A DNA stretch of 63,967 nt, the filler included, from Reticulomyxa filosa (lineage: Eukaryota > Protista > Foraminifera), in assembly GCA_000512085.1 (NCBI GenBank). It is 25 parts of 25 records of this genome, joined end to end, with 100 filler letters (N's around TTAATTAATTAA, not from the genome) between each part and the next. Parts side by side here need not be neighbours in the genome. Positions count along the whole stretch, not along the records: positions 37,414 to 39,081 come from ASPP01034976.1; positions 39,182 to 41,351 come from ASPP01016542.1; positions 41,452 to 44,782 come from ASPP01033098.1; positions 44,883 to 45,933 come from ASPP01014491.1; positions 46,034 to 53,330 come from ASPP01020067.1; 20 more parts are not named here. One strand, written 5' to 3'. This document shows, piece after piece, positions 38,614 through 52,030 of the stretch (the stretch's first letter is position 1; every line of letters begins with the position of its first letter). The position numbers and the translations under genes were made by a program. Under the pieces are notes generated by a model. That model saw only the letters and a list, made by a program, of their open reading frames with translations. It did no database searches and had not been told where the DNA came from.

Positions 38614-39081
38614 ATGAGTGCGTGGTTCTTTGGAGGAAGCGGAAAAGGCAATCCGGACATATCATCATTATTGATAAGCCGTTTATCAGCACTGCAAACA
38701 AGTACTTTATTGGAAGATAAATTAAAGGCGTTGGAGGAGTTGAATGAGCTGTCACAAAGCAAGCCATTGGAAGTGGGGAAGCAAGCAATTCCGACAATAA
38801 TAGACCAAGTTCTGCTGAGCAGCAGCGATTCGAATGTGGTGTCACTGAGCGAAGAAAAGGACATAATTCACCTCTGCTTAGAAATATTAATGACCCTCAT
38901 GTTGTCACCACCACAAGTAAAAAAAAAAAAGTATCCAAATAAAGAAAAATGATAACATAATAAAAAAACAACTTTAACACAATTATACAAAAATGTGAAA
39001 AAAAAAAAAAAGGCATTTGATACAGAGAGCATAGCAAGGGATGAAAAGAGTGGCGAGTATTATTATCAACGGAACATAGGG
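38614..39081 (+). CDS. USO1: Uso1/p115 vesicle tethering protein, N-terminal head exons (38614-38916, 39013-)
   Basis: SRLSALQTSTLLEDKLKALEELNELSQSKPLEVGKQAIPTII...DIIHLCLEIL matches the p115 N-terminus (SSTLLDDRR.AVR.L...EVG..AM..LI...EII...LDTL). Confidence 0.75.
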
Positions 39082-39449
39082 NNNNNNNNNNNNNNNNNNN
39101 NNNNNNNNNNNNNNNNNNNNNNNNNTTAATTAATTAANNNNNNNNNNNNNNNNNNNNNNNNNNNNNNNNNNNNNNNNNNNNTTTTTTTTTTTTTACTATG
39201 TGTGCGAATAAAAAGACGTCCCTCTGGACTATTTCTTTCCTCCCTTTTGTTATAATAATTATGAACACCATATTATTTAATAATTATTATTATTAATACG
39301 GTTCATATAAAAATATATAAATATATACACATATATTATGCATAACTAACTTGAGAAAGACTCTCACTTGCAAAAAAAAAAAAAAACTTTCAACTATGAC
39401 AAAAATGACGTGTGCAAAAAAAAAAAAAAATAATAATAATAATACGAGG

Positions 39450-41229
39450 ACACAGCTCTCCAAACGCGAACAAGTGGAAATACAAGGCACGTTATCCGGC
39501 TCAGCGCATTGGTTTGAACTGGCAAAGTTTGCGTCTCTCGCGGTGCGAACGAGAAACGGCAGCGGCGCAGATCTGGAAAGAAGGAATGACAAAAGCGAAA
39601 AAGGTAGAGGTAGTCCGGATCTAATCGAGTTTGAATTATATCTGAAACGGTTTCTATTCTTGTCGAATCCCGTCCACGTCAATATTTCGGTGGTTAAATA
39701 TCGCGTGCCTATTTTGGAGCGTGAAGGCACGAATACTGCTGGAGCTACGTATATTCCGCCCTTGTGTGAGGAAGATAAGCATGAAAGCCGTCCTGATGAA
39801 GGATTCGCCGTGATGCAAAAGAGTGCCTTCCCTTTGTTCTACTTTGATATTCCAACTTCCGATTTGGTTCACACTTATCAATTCAACAATGTCATTCTAG
39901 TTAATTTTCAATTCCATTGAGAGAGAGAGAGAGTGAGAGAAAAAGAAAAAAAAAGAGGAGGGACAACGAAACTATTTTTAAATTGTATCCCCGTTTTTTT
40001 TTTTTTTTTTTTACATATAATAAAATAAACAAATATAACCAAATAAAATATTTATTAAAAGAGACCGCTCTTGTCGGAAAGCCAGTTTGAACCAAGTGAC
40101 AGTTTATTTTTGTTTCTACCCCCGTTTTTTTTTTTTTTTTTGTAGATGAATTGAATAACACTTTTTTTTTTTTTTCCCTCTCAAAATTATACCCAAAAAG
40201 TCAATGCACCGGTGAAACGGAAATTGAACACGATGAGTGATGGAAGCGCGTCAGCAAGCAAAAAATCACGATTGGATGGCATCCCTTGTACATCAAATAC
40301 TTGCCTGGAGTCCCCTCCAATGAACCCATTTGTGCATGGAGTGCCATCCAAGGCTAGTCAGTGCGGACACGAACTGATTGTACGTGATTTTGATCAGTCT
40401 TCCACCGACTCCAACCTGCATCGTTATTCCACTCCTCTTTGTCGCAGCACGCGGAGTACGCATCCTTGCAATGAATCTGAGTATCCGAAGCAAGCAGGCG
40501 CTAGTTATGAGATGCCTTTCTCTTCTTCTTCTTCTTCATCATTATCATCATCTTCTTCTTCTTCTTCCTTATCCTCTTGTCCTCCCAATGGAGAACACAT
40601 ATCCAATTCAGGTCATCATTACTCTTGGATGTCACAACCGCCATCACACTCAATTTGGTCTGCCTCAAATCACATAAAGCCAAACGAGCAAAACCACTTT
40701 TCTTTTGTGCCTCAATTGGAATGGCCATCTTACAACTTGTTACCACCCACTACTGCAACGAAGAGGACCAGCCCGGAGATCATTGCTCACTCTACACAAT
40801 TCTTCTTCTTCTTCTTCTTCTTCTCCTTCTTCTTTTGCCATGGAACAAGTGACAAAAATACAAGAGGAAGAAAAAAAAATTGGACAAACATATGAAAAAA
40901 GATTAGCCTTTTTGAAAATGAAGCTGTCTCGCAAAATCGCTATTCAAAACCAATTGCGCAATTGGGAATTATTCTTAAATCACTGGAAAGACTGGAACAT
41001 TGAGGATTTCCATTCCTACGTTGTTCGGATACACGAAAACCTGTTTGCGAAATACTTTTCCTCTGCGGAAGAGCTCAGGAACAGATGGAACAAAGATCAT
41101 TCAACACCTTTCCAAGGAGGACTGGATTTAATCTCCTTGGACAGGGAAGATTTACTCAATCTCGGGGTCGATGATAAAGACCACAGAAAATTGTTGTTGG
41201 AAGCAATTCGGAGCCTTTGTAAACAATGA
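39450..41229 (+). CDS. Multi-exon protein with C-terminal SAM domain (partial; indel in the Ser-rich tract)
   Basis: WKDWNIEDFHSYV...GLDLISLDREDLLNLGVDDKDHRKLLLEAIRSL is a SAM consensus; upstream exons 39450-39900 and 40200-40800 are unassigned. Confidence 0.65.
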
Positions 41230-43204
41230 TTTGCCGTTTTTGTTGTGCAAATATCTGATTGTTTGGTCTTTTTTTTCTTTTCTTTTTTCTTTGTTTTGTA
41301 AGGCTATTTTCTCTAACTTTTCACTCTTTAATTTTTTCTTTTTTTTTTTTTNNNNNNNNNNNNNNNNNNNNNNNNNNNNNNNNNNNNNNNNNNNNTTAAT
41401 TAATTAANNNNNNNNNNNNNNNNNNNNNNNNNNNNNNNNNNNNNNNNNNNNATCGTTTTAGGCGTTCAGTTTTCTTTGCAACCTACTGTACATGCTTCCA
41501 ACTACTACAGGAAAGCTAACAAATTTTTTGTTCATTACATCATTGTCGTTTTGGAATTTATTAAGAAATTGATAGCCAGGTCATCATCATTCAAAGATTC
41601 CAAGTTTATTAAGTGCTTTAAATATTGATCTAATTGCTTAAAATTCACTTGAAATGCCATAAACATAACATACTAACACCAACTAATATTATCTATTGAA
41701 CAAATGTATTATCTTTCTGCAATAATCACAATGACAAGTATTTAAAACATTGAATAGTAATGCTTTTTGTAGAAACGTGGTATTATATCATTAACCAAAA
41801 TATATGATATTATATCAAACCTGTAGTACTCATGATGTCGTAATGAGTAATTCGCGCACTACAAGTGAACTTTGGAACCATTTATTCTAAAAACACACTA
41901 CTCACTTTCACGACTTGTCTTTTCTCTTTCACTTGTTGAATCTTGTTGTTTATTTTCTCTTTTATTTAAATCATTAATCTTTTGTTTTAAATTGCTCAAA
42001 AGAGCGAAAACCTTTCGTATTACAGTTTGCACACCTCTTTCAGCAGCAGGAAAACCCACAAACCAATTTCATGATTACAATTTTCCGACACTACCCACTT
42101 TTTTAAAATATTATAATTCAAATTTTAATTTGATTTTATGTTTCAATGAAATAAATTGAACATTTGTTTCTGATTTACAAATGTAAATTCGCAAAATTAT
42201 TGTCAGTAATTTGTTTCTGTCGTTATTTTTTGACATTAGTTTTATTCTTTGTAGAGAATTTCAATGAAAAAAAGATTAAATTAATATGAAAGCAAAATAA
42301 AATGAATACAATTGGCCTTTGTGGAAATCTATTTAGAGTCTTCTGTCAAAGAGCTAGAACCATGGAGACAGAAGACAAGTAAAGCGTGCAACAGATCATC
42401 AGCTTTGAAAAAGGAAAAGAAAAGAGTACAAAGAAAGTTTAGAGTGTCGAGTTGAAGACGTGTTCGCTGAAGTTTTTTTTAACTTTCTTTCTTCAGTTCC
42501 AAGATGTGATGATAAAATGTTGAATCACATCATCATTGAAGCTGTACTCGTGATAAATTGTTTCCAATCCAGAGCAAATGAAGAAATTTGACAAAAATCA
42601 AATAATATTTACTCCAATTGGTTTTGTCTTAAAGTCTCTTGATAGTTAGAAATAAAACTAATTCCCAGATTGGCTTGGCTCCTATTTATAATTTTTATAT
42701 TGAAAGAGAGGTATCTTTGATAGTTTTTGGATAGCCTTTTATTTTGAAAACACAGTTCAATTCAGGTCAATACTAATTATATGATTCTTTTCCATAGGAG
42801 CAAAGTGGTTGAAGACCCTTTTTCTGCTAAGGACATCGCAAAATACGACAGCTCATACATCGCCGAAATATTGGTTGATTTCACCGAAATTCACATGGTA
42901 AAGTTTTAAGCCCCTTCCCTCCAAAAAAGGAGTTAAGAATTCAAGATGCAATTTTTTTCCCTTCAAATGACCAAAAAAAAAAGTTAAAAAACTGTGACAA
43001 AAGAATGGCTTTTTTTAAAAACTCCCTGTCTCCCATTGTGAGCGAGAGAAGGAAAAAAAGTTTGAAAATTCCGACACAACAAAATGCTCAACATTTATTT
43101 TTAAACAAGCCACCAAATTATTGAGAAGGGAGTTGTATAACCCTCATAAGCCATGAGAAGAAGGGAAGAAAAAAAATTGGCGACACAAAATACAAAGCCT
43201 CTAT

Positions 43205-44034
43205 TCAATAGGTAGCACTTGCTGAGACGCGAGCACATGCTTGAGCTACTGCGCTTGGTTCCATTTCTTGACGAATTGCCAAAAGTGCTTCAAACAATGA
43301 ACTTTCATGAGTCCAGTGAAAATTGCTTACTTTCATTTTGCTAAATTCCACCTATGAGAGTAATAATTTAAAAAAAAGTTTTTTTTATTTGAAAGGGGGA
43401 GAGTTCTGATGTTTCCTTCTTAAGTTTTTTTTCCATCGGCATTTCGCCAAAGTTTTTATGCAAGATAAAAAAAATACAACACGACGTATTATAACACTGC
43501 GATTTATCCTTTCTTTTTTTTTTTAGATAAAAACTCAACGTATCCTTTTGCGTCGACACATGGCATATCCACTTTTTGAACAAATCTGATCTGTGGAGGA
43601 TCATCTGGATAACCACCTCCTGCTTTGATTTTCAATGTGTAAATTCGATCACCAATGTGTCCCCCCTATACCCACATATACAAGTTCCCACTTTCTTTTT
43701 TTCTTCCTTCATACACTCGCAAAAAAAAACACAAAAACTCAATATCAAAGACATTTTCACTTTCTTCAGAATTTTTTGTCTTTGTCACCACCTCCTCTCT
43801 CATCCCTTTTAAATACAAAGAAAATATACTTGGTGTCCAATAATGGTCGCATTCCAGTGTGTAAATGTTGAGTCCTGACCATCCAAACCCAAGTTGATGC
43901 ACATACTGCTTTCTCCATATTTTTTTGGTGTCTGCGTAATGACCTTTTTCAGCCGATTCTAACTCATCCAAAAGTTTGAAGTTGCGAGGCACACGATATT
44001 CAGTAGGATCGACTTTTGTTGGAGCTTGTGCCAT
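43205..44034 (-). CDS. MMS2: Ubiquitin-conjugating enzyme E2 variant UEV1/MMS2; 3 exons, two homopolymer indels
   Basis: VPRNFKLLDELESAEKG, INLGLDGQDSTFTHWNATIIG, DRIYTLKIKAGGGYPDDPPQIRFVQKVDMPCVD, WTHESSLFEALLAIRQEM. Confidence 0.88.
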
Positions 44035-44882
44035 TTCTCTTATCTGAGAATAGATTGATGTTACTTTTTTTTTTCCCAGAATTTATTAAATGCTTCCCCC
44101 GTTTCGTGTGAACTGGCAAAAAAAAGTGGTGAAGCAGTTAAACCAAGTGGGACTGTATCACGCACTGGGATAATTTCATAGCATAGTAATATGAAAAACA
44201 TAAAAATGCTATGCATATGATACCTTTTATAGTTGAGATTTTTCTATCATACAAATGTATAAACATATTATTTGGTTACAAATGCTTCTCTTGTAATTGG
44301 TCCACAACTTTGATCGGTATATTTAGGGAGGGAAAAGTGTGGCATCATGCTCCAAAAAATTAAGCTGAATGTGAAACTGAAGACAAAAGTGGAAAATGAG
44401 ACAAATATAATAAAGTATCAAAAATGACAATTTTTACAAACAGTTAAAGCAAGCACAAGCGAGTCAATATGCTTCCTTTTATAGTGCAATCAAAAACGGA
44501 TATCGAACAAAACGCCAACAACCGGATTATTGGCATGAACATTTTTTTTTTTGGATTGAAAATAGAAGAAAAATGCAAATCACGTTAACGCTTATGCTTT
44601 TTCTTGGGATCTGCATGACTAAATTTTTTGTATGCATAGTAGAGTAGCCCAGAGACCACCACAACAGCAATTACTCCAGTTGTAAGTTCCGAATACGATG
44701 AAGTGCTGTCAAGATCTGGAGCAGGTGTTTGTTGGATTCGTTCTCTTTTTTTTTTTTTTTTTTTTTTTTTGTCATTATTTTTNNNNNNNNNNNNNNNNNN
44801 NNNNNNNNNNNNNNNNNNNNNNNNNNTTAATTAATTAANNNNNNNNNNNNNNNNNNNNNNNNNNNNNNNNNNNNNNNNNNNN

Positions 44883-45026
44883 GTTCTGGTGAAGGGTGCT
44901 GACAAACAACTGGTTGGCCAGGTCGCTGCGAACATCCGTGCGTACCGTAAACCAGAGCCGTACAAAGGCAAAGGTGTTCGTTACGCGAACGAAAACGTGC
45001 GTCGTAAAGAAGCCAAGAAAAAGTAA
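44883..45026 (+). CDS. rplF: 50S ribosomal protein L6, 3' end
   Basis: [43 protein letters not shown]. Confidence 0.96.
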   Translation, partial: VLVKGADKQLVGQVAANIRAYRKPEPYKGKGVRYANENVRRKEAKKK

Positions 45027-45035
45027 GGTAGAGCG

Positions 45036-45386
45036 ATGGATAAGAAACTTGCTCGTCTGCGCCGCGCGAAACGCGTTCGCAGAAACATTATCGAACAAGG
45101 TGCAAACCGTCTGGTTGTACATCGTACACCGCGTCACATTTACGCCCAGCTTATCGCACCAAATGCTGAAGTGATCGCTGCTGCTTCTACTGTTGAAGCA
45201 TCTGTACGTGAAGCACTGAAGTACACCGGCAACTTAGATGCTGCTAAAGCTGTGGGTAAAGCCATTGCTGAGCGCGCTATTGCTAAAGGCGTGACTACTG
45301 TCGCTTTCGACCGTAGCGGTTTCCAGTATCATGGTCGTGTACAAGCTTTGGCTGACGCGGCGCGTGAAGCCGGTCTTCAATTCTAG
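45036..45386 (+). CDS. rplR: 50S ribosomal protein L18
   Basis: [16 protein letters not shown]...[26 protein letters not shown]; spc operon order. Confidence 0.98.
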   Translation: MDKKLARLRRAKRVRRNIIEQGANRLVVHRTPRHIYAQLIAPNAEVIAAASTVEASVREALKYTGNLDAAKAVGKAIAERAIAKGVTTVAFDRSGFQYHGRVQALADAAREAGLQF

Positions 45387-45395
45387 GAGTAGATC

Positions 45396-45899
45396 ATGGC
45401 TAACGTAGAAACAAAACCACAATCAGACTTACAAGAGAAGCTGGTTGCTGTTAACCGTGTATCTAAAGTAGTTAAGGGTGGCCGGATTTTTTCTTTCACC
45501 GCTCTGACTGTTGTAGGTGATGGTAATGGCCGTGTTGGCTTCGGTTACGGTAAAGCACGTGAAGTGCCAGCTGCTATCCAGAAAGCTATGGAAAAAGCAC
45601 GTCGTAACATGACTCAGGTTGAACTGAACGGCAATACTCTGCACCACCCGGTGAAAGGTATTCACGCTGGTTCAAACGTGTACATGCAGCCTGCTTCTGA
45701 AGGTACTGGTATCATCGCGGGCGGTGCAATGCGCGCCGTGCTGGAAGTTGCCGGCGTTCAGAACGTTCTGTCTAAGTGCTACGGTTCAACTAACCCAATC
45801 AACGTAGTTCGCGCTACTATCAACGCTCTGTCTGCGATCAAATCGCCAGCTCAGATCGCTGCTAAACGTGGCCTGCGCGTTGACGACATTCTGGGGTAA
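45396..45899 (+). CDS. rpsE: 30S ribosomal protein S5
   Basis: [32 protein letters not shown]; AGGAG Shine-Dalgarno upstream. Confidence 0.98.
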   Translation: MANVETKPQSDLQEKLVAVNRVSKVVKGGRIFSFTALTVVGDGNGRVGFGYGKAREVPAAIQKAMEKARRNMTQVELNGNTLHHPVKGIHAGSNVYMQPASEGTGIIAGGAMRAVLEVAGVQNVLSKCYGSTNPINVVRATINALSAIKSPAQIAAKRGLRVDDILG

Positions 45900-45904
45900 T
45901 CGAC

Positions 45905-45933
45905 ATGGCTCAAAAGACGATTAAAGTAACCCA
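45905..45933 (+). CDS. rpmD: 50S ribosomal protein L30, 5' end
   Basis: MAQKTIKVT immediately after rpsE. Confidence 0.88.
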
Positions 45934-46106
45934 NNNNNNNNNNNNNNNNNNNNNNNNNNNNNNNNNNNNNNNNNNNNTTAATTAATTAANNNNNNNNNNN
46001 NNNNNNNNNNNNNNNNNNNNNNNNNNNNNNNNNAGAGTATGTCCTAAGTTCAGTTTTTGATTTCTAAAATATAGGCAATCAATATCTTTTCAGCAATTTA
46101 GCTGAA

Positions 46107-47262
46107 ATGGGACCTTGTGTGACAACAATTTGGACAAATGAAGGCGAATTGCGAAACTACCCGGTATAACTAACTAAACGACATCTCGTCTTTTTTTAAA
46201 TAAACGCTTTTTTTCTTTTTGAGTGACAGTCAGAAAAAGAGGTAGCTATAATTCTTCAAAATTGGATTAGAATCTTGAACGTCGAACTAGGATGGATTAA
46301 CGATTTTAACAAAATTGTTGCAAAATATGTTAAGTTTTTATTTGCTGAATTTAATTGAAAATTTGTGCGTTTGCCTTTATTGTAAAATACAGGCCAAATA
46401 TTTTAAATTATTAAAAGTTTTAGAAGGACATAACGATGGAATAAAAACTGTAAGATTTTCAGCAGATGGGAACAAGATTATTTCGTCATCGCATGATCAA
46501 ACAATTCGAATATGGGATGTTGCATCAGGGGGACAGTTACGGACTTTTTACGAACAATTTGGTCAATTTTGTGATGTAAATGGAAATACTATTGTGTCAT
46601 TTTCAAACAATACAATTCGGTTATGGAATGTAGAACCAGAAAATCAAATAATGGAATTTTCAGGACATTCGAATCCAATATATGATATCGACTTTTCTCC
46701 AGATGGAAAAAATATTGTGTCAAGTTCACATGACAGAACAATACGATTGTGGGATGTAACTTCTGGAAAAGAGATTTCGCAATTGGAAGGACATTCTGGT
46801 ATTGTGATGAGTGTACAATTTTCACCAGACGGCCAAATGATTGTATCACCGTCTCAAGATCAAACTCTTGTTTTGTGGAACGCAAAATCAGGTGAAAAAT
46901 TGAAACAATTAAAAGGACATTCTGATTTTATACTACGTGCAAGGTTTTCTCCAGATGGTCAACTTATTGTATCATGTTCATATGATCAAACTGTTCGAAT
47001 ATGGAATGCAGAAACAGGGGAAGAACTGAAAACATTAGAAGGACACTCAAGCAGTGTGCGAGATGTGAAATTCTTTCCAAATGGTCAAACTATTGTATCT
47101 TGTTCAGACGATAACACGATTCGGTTGTGGGATGTACAATCAGGACAAGAAATACAGAAATTAAAAGGACATTCTGATCGAGTGACTGGAATAGATATCT
47201 CGACAGATGGTAATACGATTGTATCATGTTCTTTTGATGAAACAATTCAAATTTGGGGATAA
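46107..47262 (+). CDS. WD40-repeat protein, paralogue 1; exons 46107-46163, 46230-46328, 46393-47262
   Basis: About 7 GH...WD repeats (GHSxxVxxVxFSPDGxxIVSxSxDxTIRLWD); phase-0 GT-AG introns. Confidence 0.92.
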
Positions 47263-48983
47263 TACACTAGTTGTAAAAATAACTATTGTGTTTCTTTAAA
47301 TTGAAAAATATGCAATTGAGTAAATGTCTTTATAACAATTGGTCAAAATAGAACTAACTTTAAATGTGCTTTGCATTAAATTTGGACTAATTATCGGTTT
47401 TTTGTACATTACATAATTTGAAGTCATATAAGATAAATAATGAGCCTCAATGTTTCATTAGATAATAACATTTCTCTACCACACTCTCTGCACCGGATTT
47501 ATTTTTTAAAGGAGAATTACAAATATGGATTTGCAAGGCTATCATTCCTTGGTGGTACAATTTCCAGAAGGATCATTTTTTTTGCCATAATATAGTCGTA
47601 GTGGTGACAAATTTTCCATTCAATCAAAAAAAAACAAGCAACTAATAGTCATAAATATCTCCAGCAATGTCACCGACAAGAAAGTCATCAAAAAGTCACC
47701 GGTCAGCTGCACAAGCAAAACATCAAAATATTCTTTTTCTAACGATGCTAGATCTTCATGAGAGCAGTAAGTCCTCTCTAATATACCATGAACAAAAGCT
47801 TGTTGTGATACATATAATCAAACTTTTGGTGAACACGTGAATGACAGTGTTAGCGGTCATAACTATATTTTTGCCAAACACGCCAATGTCATCCGCCTCA
47901 AAGTAGAGGGAAGTGTTTGACTATAGGATTTTAACCGATTGGACATCACTTTTAAATCAATTATTTTAAGTTACCTACATTATGTTTTCCAATATGCAGT
48001 TTATTTTGATAAATATCATAAATAGATTTATTATCTAATGTTAACAAGATATCAATATGGCCCATTAACCAATGTGTTGCCAACAATGCATTGTAAGGCT
48101 CAATCACAAGTAGATAAAGCCAGTGTCAGATAAACTCCAAATCTTATTTTTGCTTTTTTTTTTGTAATTCACTGCAAGTCGTTTTAAGATCAATGCAAAA
48201 AAGATCAAAACTAACAGCTGTTCAAAAGTTCAAATTTCATTTTGGAACTTTAATATTGATTTGTTTTCGTTTTTCCACAAACAAACAGTAAAGTAATGGA
48301 TATTACATCCAAAGGAAAAATGACCACAACAGTGGTAAATATTTCTTCATATCTGGCACTACAGCTGTCAGCTGGTTAATATATATGACGGCACAAATTT
48401 AAAAAAAGATATTAAAAGAAGTACATTTGATTATTCAAACTGGCTTCTACTCTAAAAATAAGAAAATTTAACAAATTCAATAAATCTGCAAACAAACGAT
48501 TGCTGTTGAATATGCAAATAAATGCTGTAAACAATGACTTACCATTTGTTGAAATAAAAAAGCAAAGATAAAAACAAAAATGAAATTCAAACGCCCAAAC
48601 CTATTTAAAATGATAGAGCAACTTTTTTTACTGTTTGTGAAATTTTAATAATAAATGTTAGCGTTTTGATAGTTATATCTTTGTGTTAATGTCATTTTTG
48701 ACTTATTTGTTTATTTTACTCCAGCAGAATTCTGTGTTCGTTACTACAAAAGCAAAATATATTCTTTAAAATTTTTTTTACATATGATCATGACTTTCAA
48801 CAAAAACAATGAATGAAAATATAGTATTGAGATTATCAATTAATTATGATCAAAACAAAACGTCTCAACCAATAATATTAATTTACTTGGTTCATTCTCT
48901 GGAACAAGGAAACTCACCAAGTTCAAAGTTTATTTTTGAATGGATTATTATTGATTCGACATCTTTCTGATACAAGTAGAAGA

Positions 48984-50146
48984 ATGAGTACTGTAACTTA
49001 CGAAAAAGAAAATACAACACCACATTTTGTAAGCATTCAATAAATTTACTATTCTTACCAAAACACCAAATAATTTTGTATATTTGATGAATTAAATAGT
49101 CGGAAAAACAACTAAAAATAATTACACAAAATTGGGTTCGAATTTTGAATGTAAAATTAGGATGGATTAATGATTTTGACACAATTGTGTTCAAATATGT
49201 TACATTATATTCTTATTTTTAAATACGTGTTAAATATTGCCTTGTTGATATACTCAAAATATAGGCTAAATGTTTTCGGCTGATGAGTATTGCAAATGGG
49301 CATTATGATATAGTACGAAAAGTTAAATTTTCATCTGATTGTCACAGGATTGTTTCATCTTCAGATGATGGGACAATTCGAATGTGGGATGTTGAATCTG
49401 GAAAACAAATTCAAATTTTTTATGGACATTCAGATTATGTCCGTGATGTCGAATTTTCATCAGATGGAGATATTGTTGTTTCATGCTCAGATGATAAAAC
49501 AATTCGATTATGGGATGTAAAATCAGGAAGAGAATTGATGAAAATGGAAGGACATTTAAGTTTAATATTAGGTGTAAATTTTTCTCCGGATGGTAAAAGC
49601 ATTGTTTCGTGTTCATCTGACAAAACAATACGATTATGGAATGTAGATTCTGGAAAAGAGATAAAATTATTCATAGGTCATTTAAATGAAATATGGGCTG
49701 TAAAATTTTCATTAGATGGTCAACTGATTGTATCAGCATCTTTTGATAAAACAATTGGTTTATGGAATGTAAAAACAGGTGAAAGACTAAAAGAACTAGC
49801 TCATTCAGGTCCTGTAACATCTGTATGCTTTTCTCCAGATAAAAAATGTGTTGTATCCTGTTCTTACGATAAAACAATTCGAATATGGGACGTAAAATCA
49901 GGAAAAGAATTGAAAAAATTGGAAGGTCATTCAGACATTGTATATGATGTGAAATATTTTCCAGATGGTCAAACTATTATATCTTGTTCATGGGACAAAA
50001 CAATTAGATTGTGGGATGTAAAATTAGAAAATGAAATACAGAAATTGGAAAGTCATTTTGGATCAGTGATAGGTATCGATGTTTCACCAGATGGTAGTAC
50101 ATTAACATCGTGCTCTTTTGACAAAACAGTAAGGATTTGGAGATAA
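48984..50146 (+). CDS. WD40-repeat protein, paralogue 2; exons 48984-49028, 49100-49198, 49265-50146
   Basis: Seven WD40 repeats; same exon structure and N-terminal motif as paralogue 1. Confidence 0.92.
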
Positions 50147-50747
50147 AATTTACTTTAATTGGCATTATTACTTTTTTGCAAAAAAAAAAATTAATTTATA
50201 TTAAAAACCAATACCAATATTAGAACAAAGTTTTTGTTCAGTCGCAACTTCAACATTTATACTACTAAATAATTAAGGCTGATGATAACACCAACTACAT
50301 TTGGTTTTGTCAAAATGCCATGAACACGAAAGATATTTCAAACATACGCACAGCTCCTTTTGAAACTTTGGCCAAGTTTCTGATCACGTTTAAAACACTC
50401 AGCGTGTAGCTATAAACACGAAATTTTTATTTTTGCAAAGTAAGATACTTTCAAAAATGTGGAAAATGAAAACTTATTAAATGTATTTTTGCAATGTACT
50501 AAAAGAACAATAAAACTGATGTCTGAGGAAATGCAAAGAAAATTGTAGAAAATGTACACAAACGATGTAACCTTAACTCTGAAAAAAAACTGACACTTAA
50601 TAATTATCTTTTGAAGCGTTTTTTGCGTGTAATGGACTCAAAAAGATAAGACTTTACGTCAATTCATTCGATTGCAATATAATGTTATAAGTAGTATTAT
50701 CTTCAATTTGCATACGATGCCATTCACCAAATTATTTTTTTCATGCA

Positions 50748-51420
50748 CTAAAAAACGAATAATTGGCAACTTTGTATCCATTCGCTTTTACTTTTAAAAA
50801 CTTTTGCTCGGACTTGCCATTGCCGTATCCAAACGATAAGGAACATGAGTACTGGCGTCATACTATGTCTTTTGACGTCGATGATGTTTCCTTTTGGTGG
50901 AAGACGCTTGGTCAATCTATTTTGTAGTCTTTTATCGTAATCCATTTGTTTCATCTTTCGTACCAGGCAATGAAATGAACGGTGCACCTTTTCAGCGTTT
51001 GTCATTCCTTTTTTCCCAGAATAGCGAATATATACATTATACCACTCGTCATTTGCCATTAAATTAATAACTATAAATAAGTGTAAACGTATAAGTATAT
51101 TAATTTATTATTATTTTTATCCGCCTAAAAACAAAGCAAAGGCAAATAAACTAGCCTTCAAACATACGTTGACATCCAAGATATCTCCTGGTTGCAAGCT
51201 CTTCAACTTGTATAGGCCCTTGACCAATTGCTACAAGAACTCTTGCTTTTCGTTGATATGGCAGCGTTTTTGGGGAGCCCCAATCGCACACGATGTAGTT
51301 TAGTCCGTCGTCCGGAATTTCGATATACAATGCTGGATCTTTATCACTAAAATCTTCCAAGATCACATAATATACTGCCAAAAGCTTTGCTGTGGAAACA
51401 TATGCAATGTCCACTTGCTT
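50748..51420 (-). CDS. Exons or remnants of a hypothetical protein
   Basis: Two coding-like ORFs separated by an AT-rich intron-like gap; no motif recognised. Confidence 0.3.
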
Positions 51421-51729
51421 GATGTCGTAGATTCAGTTTGAATTCACGTCAGTAAATCGCAAAACATTTAAATTATATCTTCATTCACGGATTTATCTTG
51501 TTTTTTGCCATCATTGCCAAACCTTTCAAAAAAAACAACTTGAAATCAAACTTTTAGCAAACAGTCCTCGAATTCATTGTGTCTTTTTTTTTGTCGGCTG
51601 TTGCTCAAGCAACTGTCTGGCTCATCGAAAGCTAGAAAATAGGTTTGCAACGACAAAACCTTACTCTTTAGCGCTTCTGTTTAAAGGAAATGTAACGATG
51701 TAATATCAGTGTGACCATTTGGAAAATAT

Positions 51730-52030
51730 TTTGAGGAAAACTGAAGACGCTGCGCGAGGTGGTATTTGGACTCGAAAAGTGAACGTGACAAACGTAAGTG
51801 TGAGCAAAGGGGTGAAATTGAAGCTGAATGCAAAGAATATGAAGGTGTATCGCATGAATATCATGAGCTGCACGAAAAAGTACCTGTCGTAGATTAAATT
51901 CATCTAGCAATGAACATGGTTTACGTTATGACAAGTTAAACCAGGCGGTCACAAAGGCAGAAATGATTGTGGACGTGCGCTACAAAAGTCAGGAAAAGAA
52001 TGGCGAAAGTGTTGCCGGCCGAGTGTCATC
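51730..52030 (+). pseudogene. Possible decayed (mitochondrial) ribosomal protein L20-like sequence
   Basis: SNEHGLRYDKLNQAVTKAEMIVD resembles L20 AREHGLSYSxFIxGLxKAxIxLD; stops and frameshifts; weak. Confidence 0.25.

Noticed and set aside
25147-46033. Bacterial PKS and ribosomal protein genes next to eukaryotic genes as horizontal transfer
   Set aside because: Each is a whole separate contig between linkers, intronless, with its own GC and codon style; contamination or associated bacteria.
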